Shown here: positions 34,766-48,589 of the stretch, in pieces
Layout of the letters: every line of letters starts with the position of its first letter
Position numbering within the stretch: the stretch's first letter is position 1
Source: Hydrolagus affinis
Lineage: Eukaryota
Assembly (NCBI GenBank): GCA_012026655.1
Contig: JAAILG010000425.1
Coordinates: 1 to 64,000 of the forward strand
Length of the DNA stretch: 64,000 bases
Direction: 5' to 3'
Program-made: the position numbers and the translations under genes
Notes under the pieces: model-generated
What the model saw: only the letters and a program-made list of their open reading frames with translations
What the model was told of the DNA's origin: nothing
The model's database searches: none

Positions 34766-36322
34766 GTAACTCATCCACATTGAAAACTGGGTCAGGTGGA
34801 AATGTGCAGAGCCTGCAGCAAGGTGCAGGCCCGTTTTAACTGCCTATGTGTCATGTGCATACATCTGGTTTCAATGAGTTAAGATTTCTGACAATTGAAA
34901 AATGTAGTTCTGATATTGTATTTTGGAATAACTATGCTGATTTATAAATGCATTTGGAAGCCATATTGCAGTAATTGTTGGTCTCACTGATGAAATAATT
35001 GTTTACAGAATCTGTGGTGTTCATTTACCTGTTAGCTATTTCTTGCTGCTGTGAATTCTGTGCTTGTTCAGACATCGCTTCATTTCACCTTGAAATGGAT
35101 GTCCGCTGGATGTTCAATACATCCTTAGGTTTTTAATTAATCTGTCCAAGAGTTATTTTCCATTTAGTGAGAGATATTAATAGGCACTTTTATAAATACT
35201 AGTTTTATTCATAATAATCATTGGGTTAGTGTAAAGCTGTTTTGCTACTTTAATTGAAATCTTCAGTTAACTTGATGCTATTTGTTTGCGTTGCTCAATG
35301 CAAAGCATATTTTTTTGGCTCATTACTTCCTAAACCCACCTCCCCAAATCCTAGTATAGGTACCTGTACTGTATTTGATAAAACACCTTTCATGTAGGAT
35401 TTTACTGTAAAGTACATTGACTATATTTTGTAGATGAATGCATGAGTAGGAAAAATTTATTTGTTTTACGTTGTTTTAACAAAACACAATGATTTTGATA
35501 CCGTTTTCATGAAAAAGTAAACATGCTAAATCTACTTGAAATGATTCAATGCATTAGTTAGCTAGACTACCAGTGGGAAATTTTAGTTTATCTCCTGCAG
35601 TAAGATTGGAGATTGGGATAATGCAAATAAGAAAGTCTTTGATTAGAATTTGCAATTCTCGTCAAGATAGTGTTAGTCTAAAATCTAATTATCAGATGAA
35701 GGCGTTTGATTCTGTGAATTTGTCATTCTACTGAAGCTCTGTTGAAACATCCTGCGGCAATTTATTTTTGCAATTCTGCACTCTAATATTACTGTTGAAA
35801 GGCATGGTTACGAAATTGTTCGCTGGTTATGATGGATGACAAATCTTGTGGAAAAATTGTTTGTGCCCATTGAAACGATTGTGAAAATGTGAACAAATGG
35901 CATTAAGATTATGATACAATAAAATGTGCAGTGGGATAAACTACTACAAACCACCATTGCACATCTGGATGACTTGATATAGTTCTGCAATATGAACTTG
36001 ATGTTGAATTCAGGAAGTCAAAGTAATCAATAGTTCAAACTTCTAAGAACTCAACTTTATCGTGGTTCGATAACTAGATTACAATAACTAAATAATAATA
36101 ATATTCCTTGAATTCAATTTAGCACTTGTCAAAGCAGTATGACATCTCAAAGCATTTCAGAGGATTTTACTGCAAAGCATAAACACATAATTTTTAATGC
36201 AAAGAAAATATTGTTCCAGTGCATTCAACTTGAGGTAATACAATATTTTTCTCGTCATTGTTGACTGATTCAAAAGTCTTTCATGTAATTAATAATGAAC
36301 ACAACAAGCGATTTAATCAGCC

Positions 36323-36420
36323 ATAATAATCCTTGTATTTGATATAGCGCCTTATCAAACATCTCAAAGTTCTTCCACAGAATATACTGTAAAGTGAATT
36401 GACTTTCACTGTATATTTTG
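36323..36420 (-). mobile_element. SINE 3' tail
   Basis: ATAATAATCCTTGTATTTGATATAGCGCC...CACAGAATATACTGTAAAGTGAATTGACT. Confidence 0.8.
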
Positions 36421-37269
36421 TCGATGAAATTTATGTGTGGATAACATCTGGATGATTTGAAATTTCAGCCTTTTCCATTTCAGTTGTTAAGAAATATTTC
36501 ACATTGGGCTTTTCTTAGTACAGTATTATTAATCAATTGGAAAACAGTGTTCAAATGATCCCTGTGCAAATTCTCAAAATGCCTCAGCTTGTGTACCTTT
36601 TTGGTTCAGAACCGTATTTCATCATGTGTGTATCTTGCAATGACTTCAAATAAATCATTTTAAGCCAATTGATTGATTGTAAGCAATATATTTTCTTTAG
36701 AAGTACATTTAATTTAATCAAAAATTAGTTGAAATAGTGTATGTTCATGCTTTCTTCAATATATTTTAACAGAAATCAAAATGTTATTATACTATCCTAT
36801 ATCTGCACTTTGGTACTGCCCAATCTATTCAGTCTTGTGTGCTTCTAACATGTTTTTGAATCATCAAACAATCCTCTGGGAATGATGGAAAGACTGATAT
36901 GGTGGGAGGCAAACTATAGGATGTCACAATATTGTTGCAATGGATTGCACCTATTCAGAATACAAAGTTTCAAACAAATAAGGTTGATTCATTCTCTGCC
37001 ACAAAATCGTACCTGTCTTAAGAAATGAGCCCAGCATCAAAAGCTTAATAGTTCACGTTTCATACCCGTGGGATACTAGCATCTGTGTGGGTTAGGATAT
37101 TTCTTTTGTCATTAATAGTTGACTGAGTCATTTGATGTTAGCAATAAAACTAGGAGAACAATATTGACAGTTTGTACCACTGAGATAAGTGCATTGATCC
37201 ATCTTTGATTTTTATTCATATGTTCAGAAATTCTGGCTGAGTGCTGATTCTGAGTCACTCCACAAATCT

Positions 37270-37442
37270 TATAATAGTAATCCTTGCACTTGATATAGCT
37301 CTTTCCACATCTTCTAGATGTCTCAAAGCGCTTCACAGAATACACTGTAAGGTGAATTGACTGTATATTTGTGGGCGAAACACGGCAGTCAATTGTGCAC
37401 AGCAGTGTCCCACAAATGGATCGAAAGACCAATTTATTATTG
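37270..37442 (-). mobile_element. SINE 3' half
   Basis: AATCCTTGCACTTGATATAGC...CAAAGCGCTTCACAG...AATTGTGCACAGCAGTGTCCCACAAA...GACCAATTTATTATT. Confidence 0.88.
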
Positions 37443-37489
37443 TTTAAGCACAGTTAGTGTTTAGGTGCAATGTGAAATTGGTCAAAGCA

Positions 37490-37640
37490 GAAGAGGGGTT
37501 GAGGCAGACAGTGATAGAATTTCGGGGCATTGTGGCTGAAAGAGCAGCCGCCAATGGTGGAGCGGAGGAGATGAGCAGCAGGATGCAGCTGGCCAAGTGG
37601 AAGGAACAGAGGAATGAGGTGTGAGCAGGTTGGAATTAAG
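37490..37640 (-). mobile_element. L2 ORF2 C-terminal fragment
   Basis: LLRSTIGGCSFSHNAPKFYHCLPQPL resembles L2 T.GGRAFS..AP.LWN.LP. Confidence 0.75.
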
Positions 37641-37671
37641 GAGTGCATGTATCTTGAAAAATTTACACCAA

Positions 37672-38000
37672 AATAATAATAATAATAATCCTTGCATTTG
37701 ATACAGCACCTCGTTGAGTTATCAAAATGTCTTAAAGAGCTTCGCAGGATAAATAAGTGTAGTGACTGTGTTTTGTGGGCCAACGCAGCAGCCAATTTGC
37801 ACACAGCTGTGTCCTACAAACAGCCATGGTGTGAGTGATTCATTTTATATGGGGGATTGTCAGACAGGATCCAAAGAGAGAAACTCCCTTCTCCTTTTTG
37901 AACAGCACTACAGGAGATCTTGAACTTCCATCCTGAACAGGACAAGGACAGGGAGAGGTTTAACGAATCACCTGAAAGCTAGAGTTTCTAACAATGCAGC
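37672..38000 (-). mobile_element. Deu-domain SINE 3' two-thirds
   Basis: (AAT)n tail, GCAGCCAATTTGCACACAGC, AAACAGCCATG, GAGAAACTCCCTTCTCCTTTTTGAACAGCAC, GATCTTTGAACTTCCATCCTGAACAG. Confidence 0.75.
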
Positions 38001-39199
38001 TGTTGAGCGGCAATAACAATTTGCATTTACACAGCATCCCTCACGCAGGGTAGGGTCCCAGACCGCTTGACAGTGGTCGCAACATCGAGACTGCGGGAGC
38101 CAAAGAGAGTGGAAGAGGAACAACTAAATGATTTTCATGAAACAATATGTTTTGCCAAGAAACTGAGTGTACTAAATTCATTCTCCAATTAACAGGAGCC
38201 ATAGTGGAGATATAATCTGGCTGCAATTAATGCCTTTGTTCCACAGATAGCTGACAGTGATGATGTGTAGTGACTGAGTTCCACTATGTGCTTTTTCCTC
38301 CAGGTGTTCCACCATATAGCCCTGTCAAGAACTGACACAGCTTGTTATGACTTGGATGTTGAGACATGAGCAGCTCCAGGAAATAAGCTTGCAACATGTG
38401 AATTGGTAAGAGTGCAACTGGGACCTACACAGGTAGTTTTTTCTGTGTTTTTATACAAAAAACGCAGGAAACCGAGTGAAATTTTAGAAAGTTTGCAACC
38501 AGTTCTCCTTGGCAAAGAAATAAAAGCATCAGCACTGAAAAATAGCTGGAGTGGAGGTGCTATTTCCTTCATTTTATCTTTGGAACCAGGCCATGTAGGA
38601 AGGAGAAAGAGATGAGTGGCGTAAATATTTCTATGTACAGCATTAATTCTTTAGCAATAATTTACAGATTTACTAAATCTGTGGGTTTATTTTTAACGCT
38701 AAGAGGTATTGTATAATGCATATACAATCCTAAATCTATTTAATTTGCATATGCATGTGCAGCCAATTGGAAATAGATGTTCCAGAAATAAACTGTTGGT
38801 GCGTCAGAGAGTTTGCTATGTTAGCGAGGGGGTGCACGTTGAGTATAAAAATTAATTACAGTATTTTTAAAACAAATAGATTAGAAAACAGACTCCTAAC
38901 ACATGTAGATCACAGGTAGAGTATGATGTAGTGCTGTGCTATTCATATTGATTCACGGGCATACTCTAAAATATTATTTTGAATTGCTCATATACGAGAG
39001 ACTAGATTTTTATCATTACTGTACAAAAGGCAGAAATAGCTTCCGAATCTGGAGCAAACTGTCCTATTTGTGTCTCTGTATAAACCTGTAATTTTTCCTG
39101 TGTGGTGCAACAGGGAAACGCACATTGAATGTGATGTGAATGGCCTGAGTGTGGAGTCACATAGCTTCCAGGGCCTGCTTTCAAGCATGCAGTCAAATC

Positions 39200-39420
39200 A
39201 TCTGTGTATGCCTTATAATATTTATATTTCTCAGAACCTGAAATAACTGGCTCATATTTCTCCCAATCTTTACTCTGTTGAAAACAGGTTCAGCTCTCTC
39301 AGCTCTTAGTCATGCAAGTCATGGTCATCATTCTAAACTCCCTCCATTGCATAAATGTAGGTGTTGTGTCCAAAATCCAACACAATATTCACAAGTTAGA
39401 ATTCACAAGTTAGAATAACT
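39200..39420 (-). mobile_element. Old CR1 RT C-terminal remnant
   Basis: Reverse complement contains CTTGTGAATATTGTGTTGGATTTTGGACAC (EYCV.FW), GAGCTGAACCTGTTTTCA (LNLFS) and TATAAATATTATAAGG. Confidence 0.55.
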
Positions 39421-39584
39421 TTGTATAGGCAAACGTCCTAACAATGCTGCCTAAGTGAATTTATCAAAAATTAAACTCAATTCCTTTCCTTCTTCAACTT
39501 ACTAATCAACATGCTTTTGTCATATAGAATTTATCCATTATGCTTCAATAGTCCCAGATCACCTTGAATACTATTTATCCTGTT

Positions 39585-39908
39585 GAGTCCTGTAGCTCAG
39601 TAGTTAGACCACTCGCCTTACAATCGTGAGACCTGGGTTCGAATCCAGGCAGGTCAGGGCGAAACCTTGGGCAAGTTTCCTTACTTCACATGCCTAATAA
39701 TAATCCTTCCAAGAAAAACCACAATAATAAAATTGGTCATTTCAATCCATGACTGTTTATGGTACACTGCTTTGCGGAATTTGCTGCCGCATTTTGCCCA
39801 CAAATATACAGTCAATTCACTTTACAGTACATTCTGTGAAGCGCTTTGAGACGTCTGGAAGACGTGAAAAGTGCAATATCAAAATGCAAGGCTTATTATT
39901 ATTATTAT
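39585..39908 (+). mobile_element. Best-preserved full-length tRNA-derived SINE
   Basis: GAGTCCTGTAGCTCAGTAGTTAGA (A box), GGTTCGAATCC (consensus B box), unique body, L2-type tail and (ATT)n. Confidence 0.95.
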
Positions 39909-41149
39909 CCTCCTTATATTGGTTGGTTGTTTCTATGGCTTGCTATCTTTTGGCCAATGCAATAAAAAATGCTCTGCTCTGATGAAATACAATCAATATA
40001 ATACTCGGCTCTTGTGGTGAATAGTCGAGGCAGGTTGAGTGACGACTGGCTGTAGATGGGTAGTGACCACACGTTGTGATGTTCTCACTCCGTTGTCAGT
40101 TTCAAAATTATTTTTGTGTTTCTGCATTTAAATGATAGAACTATTAAAGAGTGTGATTAATATCACATCACTCGGGAATGCAATAACATGTTTTATTGAG
40201 AATATCATAACCTTGGCATACACATGCTGAAATGTATCTCCATGGTTCGAACCCAGTGTCTATTTCAAACTGTGATTATGAGGGCTAATTAAGTTGTTGG
40301 CATCATAATCCATCATTGTAACAGAGACTGTGGCCTTGTTAACTTTTAATAATAATAATATTATGTTTGACTGTTTCATGCAGATGTTGGTCCTGTTTAA
40401 TTAAACAAGAATCCTGTTAGTTGGAAAGATAGTTTATGGTGGCTTAAATATATATTATTAGGCATGTGACCATTTAATTAAAGCTTCCGGACTGCAAATT
40501 TAAACACTGCTTCATGCAAATTACCCTTGTTTGTACAGGCCTCATTTTATTTTATCTGGATTAATATCTAAATGCCTGACATAAAAGTGATGCCCCAAGC
40601 TCATGTCCCATACTGTCAACAAGCATCTCAATGTGTTGTGATGCTGTTTTTATTCTTGGTAGTAAAAGCAAACTTCCTGTGACACTTTAAAGTTAAGCGT
40701 GGATTTAATTGAATTTTCCAAATTTGGATACTCTAAAATTTACATGAATAAGGTAAATCTAGACCCATTTCTACCCATTTCAGAGATCGGAGGTGAGGGT
40801 GGGGGGGGCGGGGGTGTTGAAGGGTGGGATGGAGAAATATGAAATGTCTGGCTGAAAAATGCAATAGTTAAAAGAAATGGTTTAGAGAAAATCTGAATGT
40901 CACTTTTAAGCAAAACAGTGTGAGAGCACTTTGATGTCACTATATTGTGGCTGTTACTAGTCACTCAGGCAAGGTTGCTTCGAGAATAATGATACATGTG
41001 AGGATTGATATCTGATCATATCAAAACTGCAAGAGGCATATGCAACATGATAAGATCCAACAATTGAATCCTAAGAATGAATGAGCTGTTTGTTTCTCAG
41101 ATTAAAAGGACAAAATTAAATTAAGGACAAAAGAGGATGTTAGATGGGA

Positions 41150-41450
41150 AAGAAATAAGTTGCATTTTCATAGCACTTCACTAATAATTCCTGTTAAGTG
41201 TAGAGACTGTTTTTTGTGAGGCAAATACATAAACCATTTGTACTAGCAAACTCACACAAATAGCCATGAGCCAAATAACCAATGAATTGAGAAAACTGAT
41301 AACGAATACACTGAGAGAAATCTTCTATTTGAATATGTTAATGGGATCTTTACTATATACCTGGACAGGTAGACAGGATCTCAGTTTAAAATATCATCTC
41401 ATGGTTCTCTGACAATGCATAATTTCCTTAGTACAATATTGGCGCAGCAG
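41150..41450 (-). mobile_element. Degraded Deu-domain SINE
   Basis: ATGGGATCTTTACTATATACCTGGACAGGTAGACAGGATCTCAGTTTAA...TCTGACAATGCA...CCTTAGTAC is the reverse Deu core. Confidence 0.65.
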
Positions 41451-41464
41451 CTTATCCTATTAGT

Positions 41465-41692
41465 TTGTCCACAAAATATACAGTCAATTCATTTCACTGT
41501 ATATTCTGTGAAGTTCTTTGAGACGTCTCAAAGAGGTCATAAGGTGCAATACCAAATACAACGATCATAGTTCAAATCCTGACGTAGAATTTGAGCCAAC
41601 AACCTTCACTACATTTGACAGTAAAACTCTATGAAGTGCTTTGAGACATCCTCATGATATGAAAGGTGCTGTATCAAATATATTATATTATT
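41465..41692 (+). mobile_element. Two SINE 3' tails
   Basis: AAATATACAGTCAATTCA...TTCTGTGAAGTTCTTTGAGACGTC and ATGAAGTGCTTTGAGACATCC...GAAAGGTGCTGTATCAAAT. Confidence 0.7.
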
Positions 41693-44600
41693 CTGAGCCC
41701 CCCTTAATCTCTTTGAAGTAGGTGCAAACATTTGGACATTGGATCAAGGCATCTGCCTTGACTGTTGTGCCCTATAGTTGAATGATCAATACTGTACTAT
41801 ACTTGCATAAGAGTAATGATCTTTTGGGCAAGACACTGGAGGGCTATGTGTGAAATTGTATTCTACTAGAAGAGAAAAATTTGTTTAAATAAAAAAAACA
41901 TTTTCAGGAGGAACTAAGTTGAAAAAACTAGCAAGCAAAGTGGAAAAAAAAGGAAACACATTTTGCCAAACAACTACTGTGGATGTCCTCCATCTCTTTT
42001 TGATGGCAATGACACCGGCAGATCAACATGCAGAATTAATTTGTGGATTGAAATGATCTCATTAATACTACCCATCACAAACATGGTAAAGGAGTAACCT
42101 CTTTATACACAGAGGATCCATGTGGTTTCCAGGTTCTGTGTGTCGTTTGTACCTTCAAAACAGAGAAAAGGCAGTTTATGAATGTTTGTTGCATTTTGAG
42201 CTGAAGAGGACAGATATGCAAATGACCAATGCATTTGGAGCACAAAAGTTTGCCCACTATAATATGTGAACTCACCTGCTTTGTTATGCATTCATCACCT
42301 GGGGAAACAATAATCCAGCTGAGTGGCTTTCATATTTATAAATTCCCTAAATATTTATAAATTCACCCTTTTCACTGTTTCAGCTCAATTCATTTTGTCC
42401 CCAGATCTGTTTCTCCAGCCTTCCACAGATAAGTACTGTAGTTGCAGTTCACAGACTATGACCCAGAGGCACAGTTCCTTTTATTTCTCTCCCCCTGGCA
42501 CCTATTGTGTTTGCAACCAGCAACCTTCAGATGATGGAACAAAATAAAGAAACACAGTCTGAACTCATTTGAGTGATTTAATTCTGTTTTCAGAGCAATT
42601 GACAAGATGGTCAGGTGATCCCAAGAAATCACTGGGCCAGTGACCTCTGTAAATCCATTTACAGAACTGTTATAAATGTGTTGGATTTTCAGAGATTACA
42701 AGAATTTATTGGTTACAATGGTACATTCTCCATTATCAAGTGACAAGAAGATGGCTCTTCATTCATCTCTGACCTCTACAGTGATTGTCGTCCAAATGAT
42801 GGCAAACACAGGGACCGAAGTCTGTCCCTCTCATTGAGCTGTGCATGTCTCAGACAGCTACATCACTGCAGAATTAATGAATTCCACAGTCCCTTTGCTT
42901 TCTCCATGCCACCTGAGAGACAAACCTTTTCAGTCTGACAAATACCTCTTAATAGGCTTTCTCTGACATCTCTTGATTGGTGCAGAAATCACACTGAGCA
43001 CCTCAGGTGCAATCTCAAATTTCGGATGCTCAATATTGGTATTTTTTAGCTTCCGAAATGGGACAAATAAACAATGTGGATGTCCGTTCTAACATGTTAC
43101 CGAGTGACTGCAGTAGGCTATTGGCAGTTTAGCTGCCTCTGAGGGGTATATAGGCCTCATACTAATGCACTGAATTATTATTGATGGCAGAGGCAGTTCT
43201 GCTCTGCTGGTGAACCAATAATGTCAAAGCTGTACCTGAAAGATTAATTATAGGAGAGAATGGGCTGCGGTTTCCTGGGACTGAGACATTAATAGAGACT
43301 GAGCATTGCTTTCCTGGGATTCTTGAGACAGAGTAATAAATGCATAGGATAATGTAGCATATGCTGCAGCCAAGAGTGTTTAGTTATTTTTACACTGATA
43401 AAAATATAAAACCAGTGATATAACGTGAATATGCAAGCAAAAGAGCGCTTCTTGCATTAAGAAAGCTAAATGTCCCCACTGTTTTCAAAAATAATTATGC
43501 AAAGCACAAATAGTGTCAGCTATTCTTTGCATGTCGAACTCAAAATATGATTGCTTTACTGATATCTGCACCATGACTCAATGATTTCAATCACTCTTTA
43601 AACAGAATGGATTGTCATTTTGTACTAAGGTCCCACATCCAGAACATTAACAGAGCGAGGTTTTAAGTACTGTATGTCGATGTTTGACACTGCATTTTAC
43701 TTTTTATATTACTTCACTTTTGGTAAATTGTACTTTCATCAAGGGGGAAAAAAAGGATTGTGATATAATTCTGTGCAAATACAAGCAGTCAAGAAAAACA
43801 CTTTCAGAAAAATACCAGCAGTGCTGATAGCCATTAAGTATTGCTGGAGGCGCTTTTGTCAGTTAAATAGTTCATTTAAATAGGTTTTGAGACAGCTGTT
43901 AAAATTGTATGAGATTCAAAACTGAAACAATGTCAGCCATTTCATCGGTCAATGGCATTTGTACAGATGTGCTCAGATGTGCTCTGTGTTTTGCTTGTGT
44001 TGAATTTATGTGTTGAATGTTCCTTTTGTTTGTTGCCTCAGCTGGTCATTGCTGTACACATTACTGGACTAATGTGCTATGCCCCAGAGCGTTAGGATGC
44101 TGGCTCACCCATTATTATCTATAGTACATTCTTGATTTCAGTGGCGCCATATGAGAAATCCCAAAGATGGGATAGGAAAATCATAGGAGAGGTGAACTGA
44201 AGCCACTCTGATGCAGCTGCATATAGATGCTTGGTGACCATCAAATACTCTCTCTTTTGGTGTGGGAATGGCAAATTGAGTGAAGAGACCTAATGCGAGA
44301 AGAGAAACAAAATAGCACCACTGTTTTCTTCTCCAATATGGAGATGCTTTCAAGGGTAACACAGTAGTTATACACATTACAGCAGTTTTAATGTTTATCG
44401 TGCTGGCTTACCTTTTAAAGCTGTCAGTTGGTTGTGTATATTGCTGCAGCTTAGGATCCACTTGAATAGCAATTCAGGCACACTTCCAGTCTGGGAGAGA
44501 GTTCCACAGACTAGAGAAGTAACACTGGTTTTCATTTACGCCCTGTATAGTTTGTTTAAAATTGGTGGAAAACATTGAGCTCCAAGCAGCTCAAGAGAAC

Positions 44601-47600
44601 AGATGGGTTGAGGGCCATTCTTCACATGAACCTCTCTTGTGTTCTTGTGTAGCTGGCATAAGTGGAAAACCGGTTACTGTTGCATTGTTGATTTTGCCCT
44701 CTTGTGAATGGCTGGACACAAGGTTGCACCACCAGACAATTGTAACCCTCCATCGTTGAAGGATGTGGCCCATTCCTAACTGGTTTGCATAGCTTTGGAT
44801 TTTGGTATGTGTTAGAACCAGAGGTGAAATTTTGGTGGGGAATCTGCCAAACAGGTCTCATGAAGTCAGTAAATGACTGGAAGACTACGGTGATGGAGGA
44901 AACTGAAATTGCCATCAATGACGAGCAGGTTCAACCTTTCCTCTGGTTTACAACTGACCTATTAGCTTTGCCAGGCATCATAACCACTTGCTTGTCTGAG
45001 AATAGATCAGGTGAGATTCAGTTGATAATGAACTGAATGTGTGCAATTGAAAAATGCTAGCAATCTTTCTGGAGTACCGGCTAGCGAGCAATGTCATGGT
45101 CAATCTCCTGTGACAGAGTTATTAACTTCATCTTCCCAGCATTCAGGATACACCATTAGTCTGCCCAGGTCCAATTCTGTCTTGTTGCATGCAGTGATTC
45201 TACCACTGCTTGTCTTTCAGGTGGGAAGTTGGCCACATAGTGGAGGGTGGTGTCATCAATTTAAAAAGAACAATGTCACATTTAGTGATCACAGGTTATT
45301 GATGAGGATAAATACCCATGTAGGGCTCGGCACACTTTGCTGAAAGATCTATGTGGCAGTATTGCAATAGGATGCCCGTGTCTTACTGTTTGTATCCTCT
45401 TAGGAATTGATATGTGCAGTTTCAATTCTTCAAATAGAAATTCTAACCTGGTAAACACTACTAAGTCTTACTCGATTGTGCAGTATGATTTATGACAAAA
45501 ATATGTAAATACTTTGTCTTCGCAAGCGAAGAAACTGTATTAGTCAATGTTACAGATCTGTAATTAGCGACAGTGATATGAAGGAATGCTGTTTTTAGTA
45601 AAGCAGATCAGTGATTTTACAATGCAGCCAGAGGCTTATGAAATACTTAAACATTGCAGCCTCAGGGTGTCTTAAAAATAAACAATGCATGATACACTTT
45701 TAGCATTTTCATTAGATCTCTAAAAATATTTTATTTTGCCTCTCCAAGTTAAGGTACTATCAATCTTCACTCTTCATTCTTCCTCACTCTTACCTGTGTT
45801 TTGAATTGGAATTCACTGTATTATTTAAGGAACGGTACAACATATGGCTTTAAAATGAATTCTGTGGGATCAAGAATGATTTGTTTTTAGTATCAACTAA
45901 GCTACAATGCCATTGCTTCTCAGAGGGGTTTTAATTAGCAACCAAAAGACGGATTTGGATTAGAAATCTTAGAAGATTTTTTTCTGGATATGCAGTAATA
46001 TGATCTCCAATCTGGTGAATTTTAGTTAAACAAAATTATTTAAATATCCTTTGTTCTTATCTAATGCACTCTTGTACAAAAGTTGTATGTGTCAAACCAA
46101 TCTTAATTGATCAGTTGTTCTTTTGAATGTTGCATTCATAATCGCAAGAAACAGAATTGTCGCAACTCATAACCCTTTTACCAAAACTAATTCAAGCGTT
46201 GATCAACTTGCTGTCTTTTTCCCAAGTGTTGGTCACAGTGGGCTTTTTGTCATTGACCTTCATCATTACTATCACTATCAGTACAGATGACAAACCAGTA
46301 TGCTTTTGCAGATGGCACTGTTTCCTATATCTGGCTAGTGAAGATTTTTGGATGCATTTTGGTGCTGCAGTTTCTTAAACTCTGTTGAAAATTACTATTG
46401 AAGCATGCAAATGTATGATGTTTTCAGGTGCTGGCTGTGATGGGTTCCTAGCAGTTTGTGTGCTCCAGTTGACTAGTTCTGATCTTATCCTTATAATTAA
46501 TGTACAAGCATATCCTGATTGCACAAGAAAGAAGAAAAATCTTTCTCCCAAAGCAGGTTGTTAATGAAAGATGTTATTTGTAATCAGAAGGGTCATTTTA
46601 TCTAATAAAATGTTAATCCCCATCTTTGCTGTTGTCTTTCATAATTTGATTTCCAAGGATAAACACTGCATATTTTATTGCTTCTCTGTAAAATCTTAAC
46701 AGTAAACAATTAGTTAGCAGCCATTAACTGATCTATCTATGTTCATCACATTTCCTGGGCTTCACTAATATTACAAGTACAGCATCCTATTGTATAATAT
46801 TATGATCAACCTATTGTACAACACTTCACATGTTACTATATCAGATAATCCAGTTATTGTCATTTTGACAGACATTGCAAACAGAATCATCTTAATTATT
46901 TTGCATTCTTCCCAGACTGAGTCCAGCGGGATCTAATCTTTTAACTTTGTATCTCTCTCATTTTCTTTTGTGGTTCCTTTCTTTTGCATTGTGTTTGTCA
47001 TTATTATCTCCACTTCTTATTTGTGGAAGGATGAGATCAGACGGGCTGAAGAGCTTCTTCCAACCAAACCTCTCTTGTAATCTTCATTTAAGGTGTGTTA
47101 ACATAAAAGGAAATAATAGAAACATATATCTTTGATCCTATGTTCACCATGAAGGAATAAAGGATAGGGGAATATTTCAGTTCTTAAGTTAGGCCCTTGT
47201 CTTGAAGTTCATTCTTGAAATGCATTGGTCTTTAAAAATTCCTTTGGTTCAGCTAATCAGTTCAGAATGGGAGGATTTGTGGTAAAGATTGCCTTACAGT
47301 TAATATGGCTGCTGAACCTGTTGAGGCTCACTGGTCTTGTGGAGTGATGGGATCAGTCAATGTGTCTTACGATAAAAATAAATAATAATAATAATCTTTG
47401 CATTTGATACAGTACCTTATCATGTCTTCAAGACATCTCAAAGCACTTGAACAATAAATCTTATAAAATAATAAATATGTATAAATATTGCTTTATAACA
47501 ATTAATAGGCTTGGATTCAGTCTCATTATGTCACGCATTAAATCTCACTGTTCGTGATGATGTGACCTTGACAAATGCGTGACTTGAAGACAGGAAAACG

Positions 47601-47677
47601 TGCTCTGATTTGATATTAAGATACTGCATCGCTAAACAATTATCTCATTCATAGCACATCTCTTTTATCTGTCTCAG

Positions 47678-48165
47678 TTATAATCTCCCTTTTCTGTCGA
47701 AGGCTCTTGAAGGAGTCGTTGCCTCCCAGCTTCGCTGTTTCCTCTCATCCCACTCCCTCCACGAGCCCCTCCAATCGGGCTTCCATGCTGCCCAGTGCAC
47801 AGAAACTGCCCTGGTCAGGGTCACAAATGATATCCTGATCATTTGTGACCAGGGCTCCCTCTGCCTCCTTGTCCTCCTCCTGCCGCCTTCGATACCATGG
47901 ACCATTCAATCCTCCTCCATTGCCTCTCCTCCTACCTTAACCTTCAAGGTTTTGTTTTTGACTGGTTCAGGTCTTATTCTTTCACATCTTTCATACCTTG
48001 TCCACTTTATGTTTGCTAACAAATTTTCTTTCTGCCGCCCTCCCTACTCTTTCCTTCCCCCCACCCTACCCCTCCCCCTTGCTTGGGTCCTGATCCCTGT
48101 CTGTTCAGCACCTTGGGACGTTCTCCCGACGTGAAAGGCTCTTTATAAATGTAATTTTGTTGTTT
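47678..48165 (+). mobile_element. L2 LINE RT fragment joined through an internal deletion to its 3' tail
   Basis: NLPFLSKALEGVVASQL...EPLQSGF....CTETALVRVTNDIL...D.G...LLVLL / AAFDTMDHSILL (L2 RT), then CAGCACCTTGGGACGT...GACGTGAAAGGCTCTTTATAAATGTAATTTTGTTGTT. Confidence 0.93.
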
Positions 48166-48589
48166 TTGTAACCTAAAAATCTGATCCATGGTTTTCTCCA
48201 CTCCTGGTAAATAATCTCTGTGCAAATAATAACACTTCTATTTTAATGTTTGTGGCAATTCTCACATATGCCATGTTTGTACAGTGACAGAAGTCCTGCA
48301 CGTTTGTGAAATTACTGAATAATGTGATTACTACATCCATATCAAATACAATGATATCTGGTAAGCGAAGGCTATATAATGTTGCTCTTAGCTGCATATC
48401 ACATTTACAGTTAGAGACTTAGAGTTTTTAGTGGGAAAAACATCAGAGAAAATGTCCAAGGGACATTTAGCATCTCTGGAAATAGACACATGCAAATAAT
48501 ATTGGTTGGGGACACACCACAAATAATAGCCCCTTGTTGAATGCCCACAAAACGCAGTTACTTTCTTTCAAACTCATCATCACTGCCCC

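Noticed and set aside
38304-38405. Exon-like segment after CTTTTTCCTCCAG ending TTG|GTAAGA
   Set aside because: Stops in all three frames, and the acceptor appears to derive from a Penelope terminal remnant.
39386-39416. 14-bp tandem duplication ATTCACAAGTTAGA x2
   Set aside because: Ordinary slippage-type duplication inside an old CR1 remnant.
39585-39660. tRNA gene (A box, B box, anticodon-like loop); likewise at 7942 and 6930-7004
   Set aside because: No proper acceptor stem or terminator; each continues into a shared SINE body and tail.
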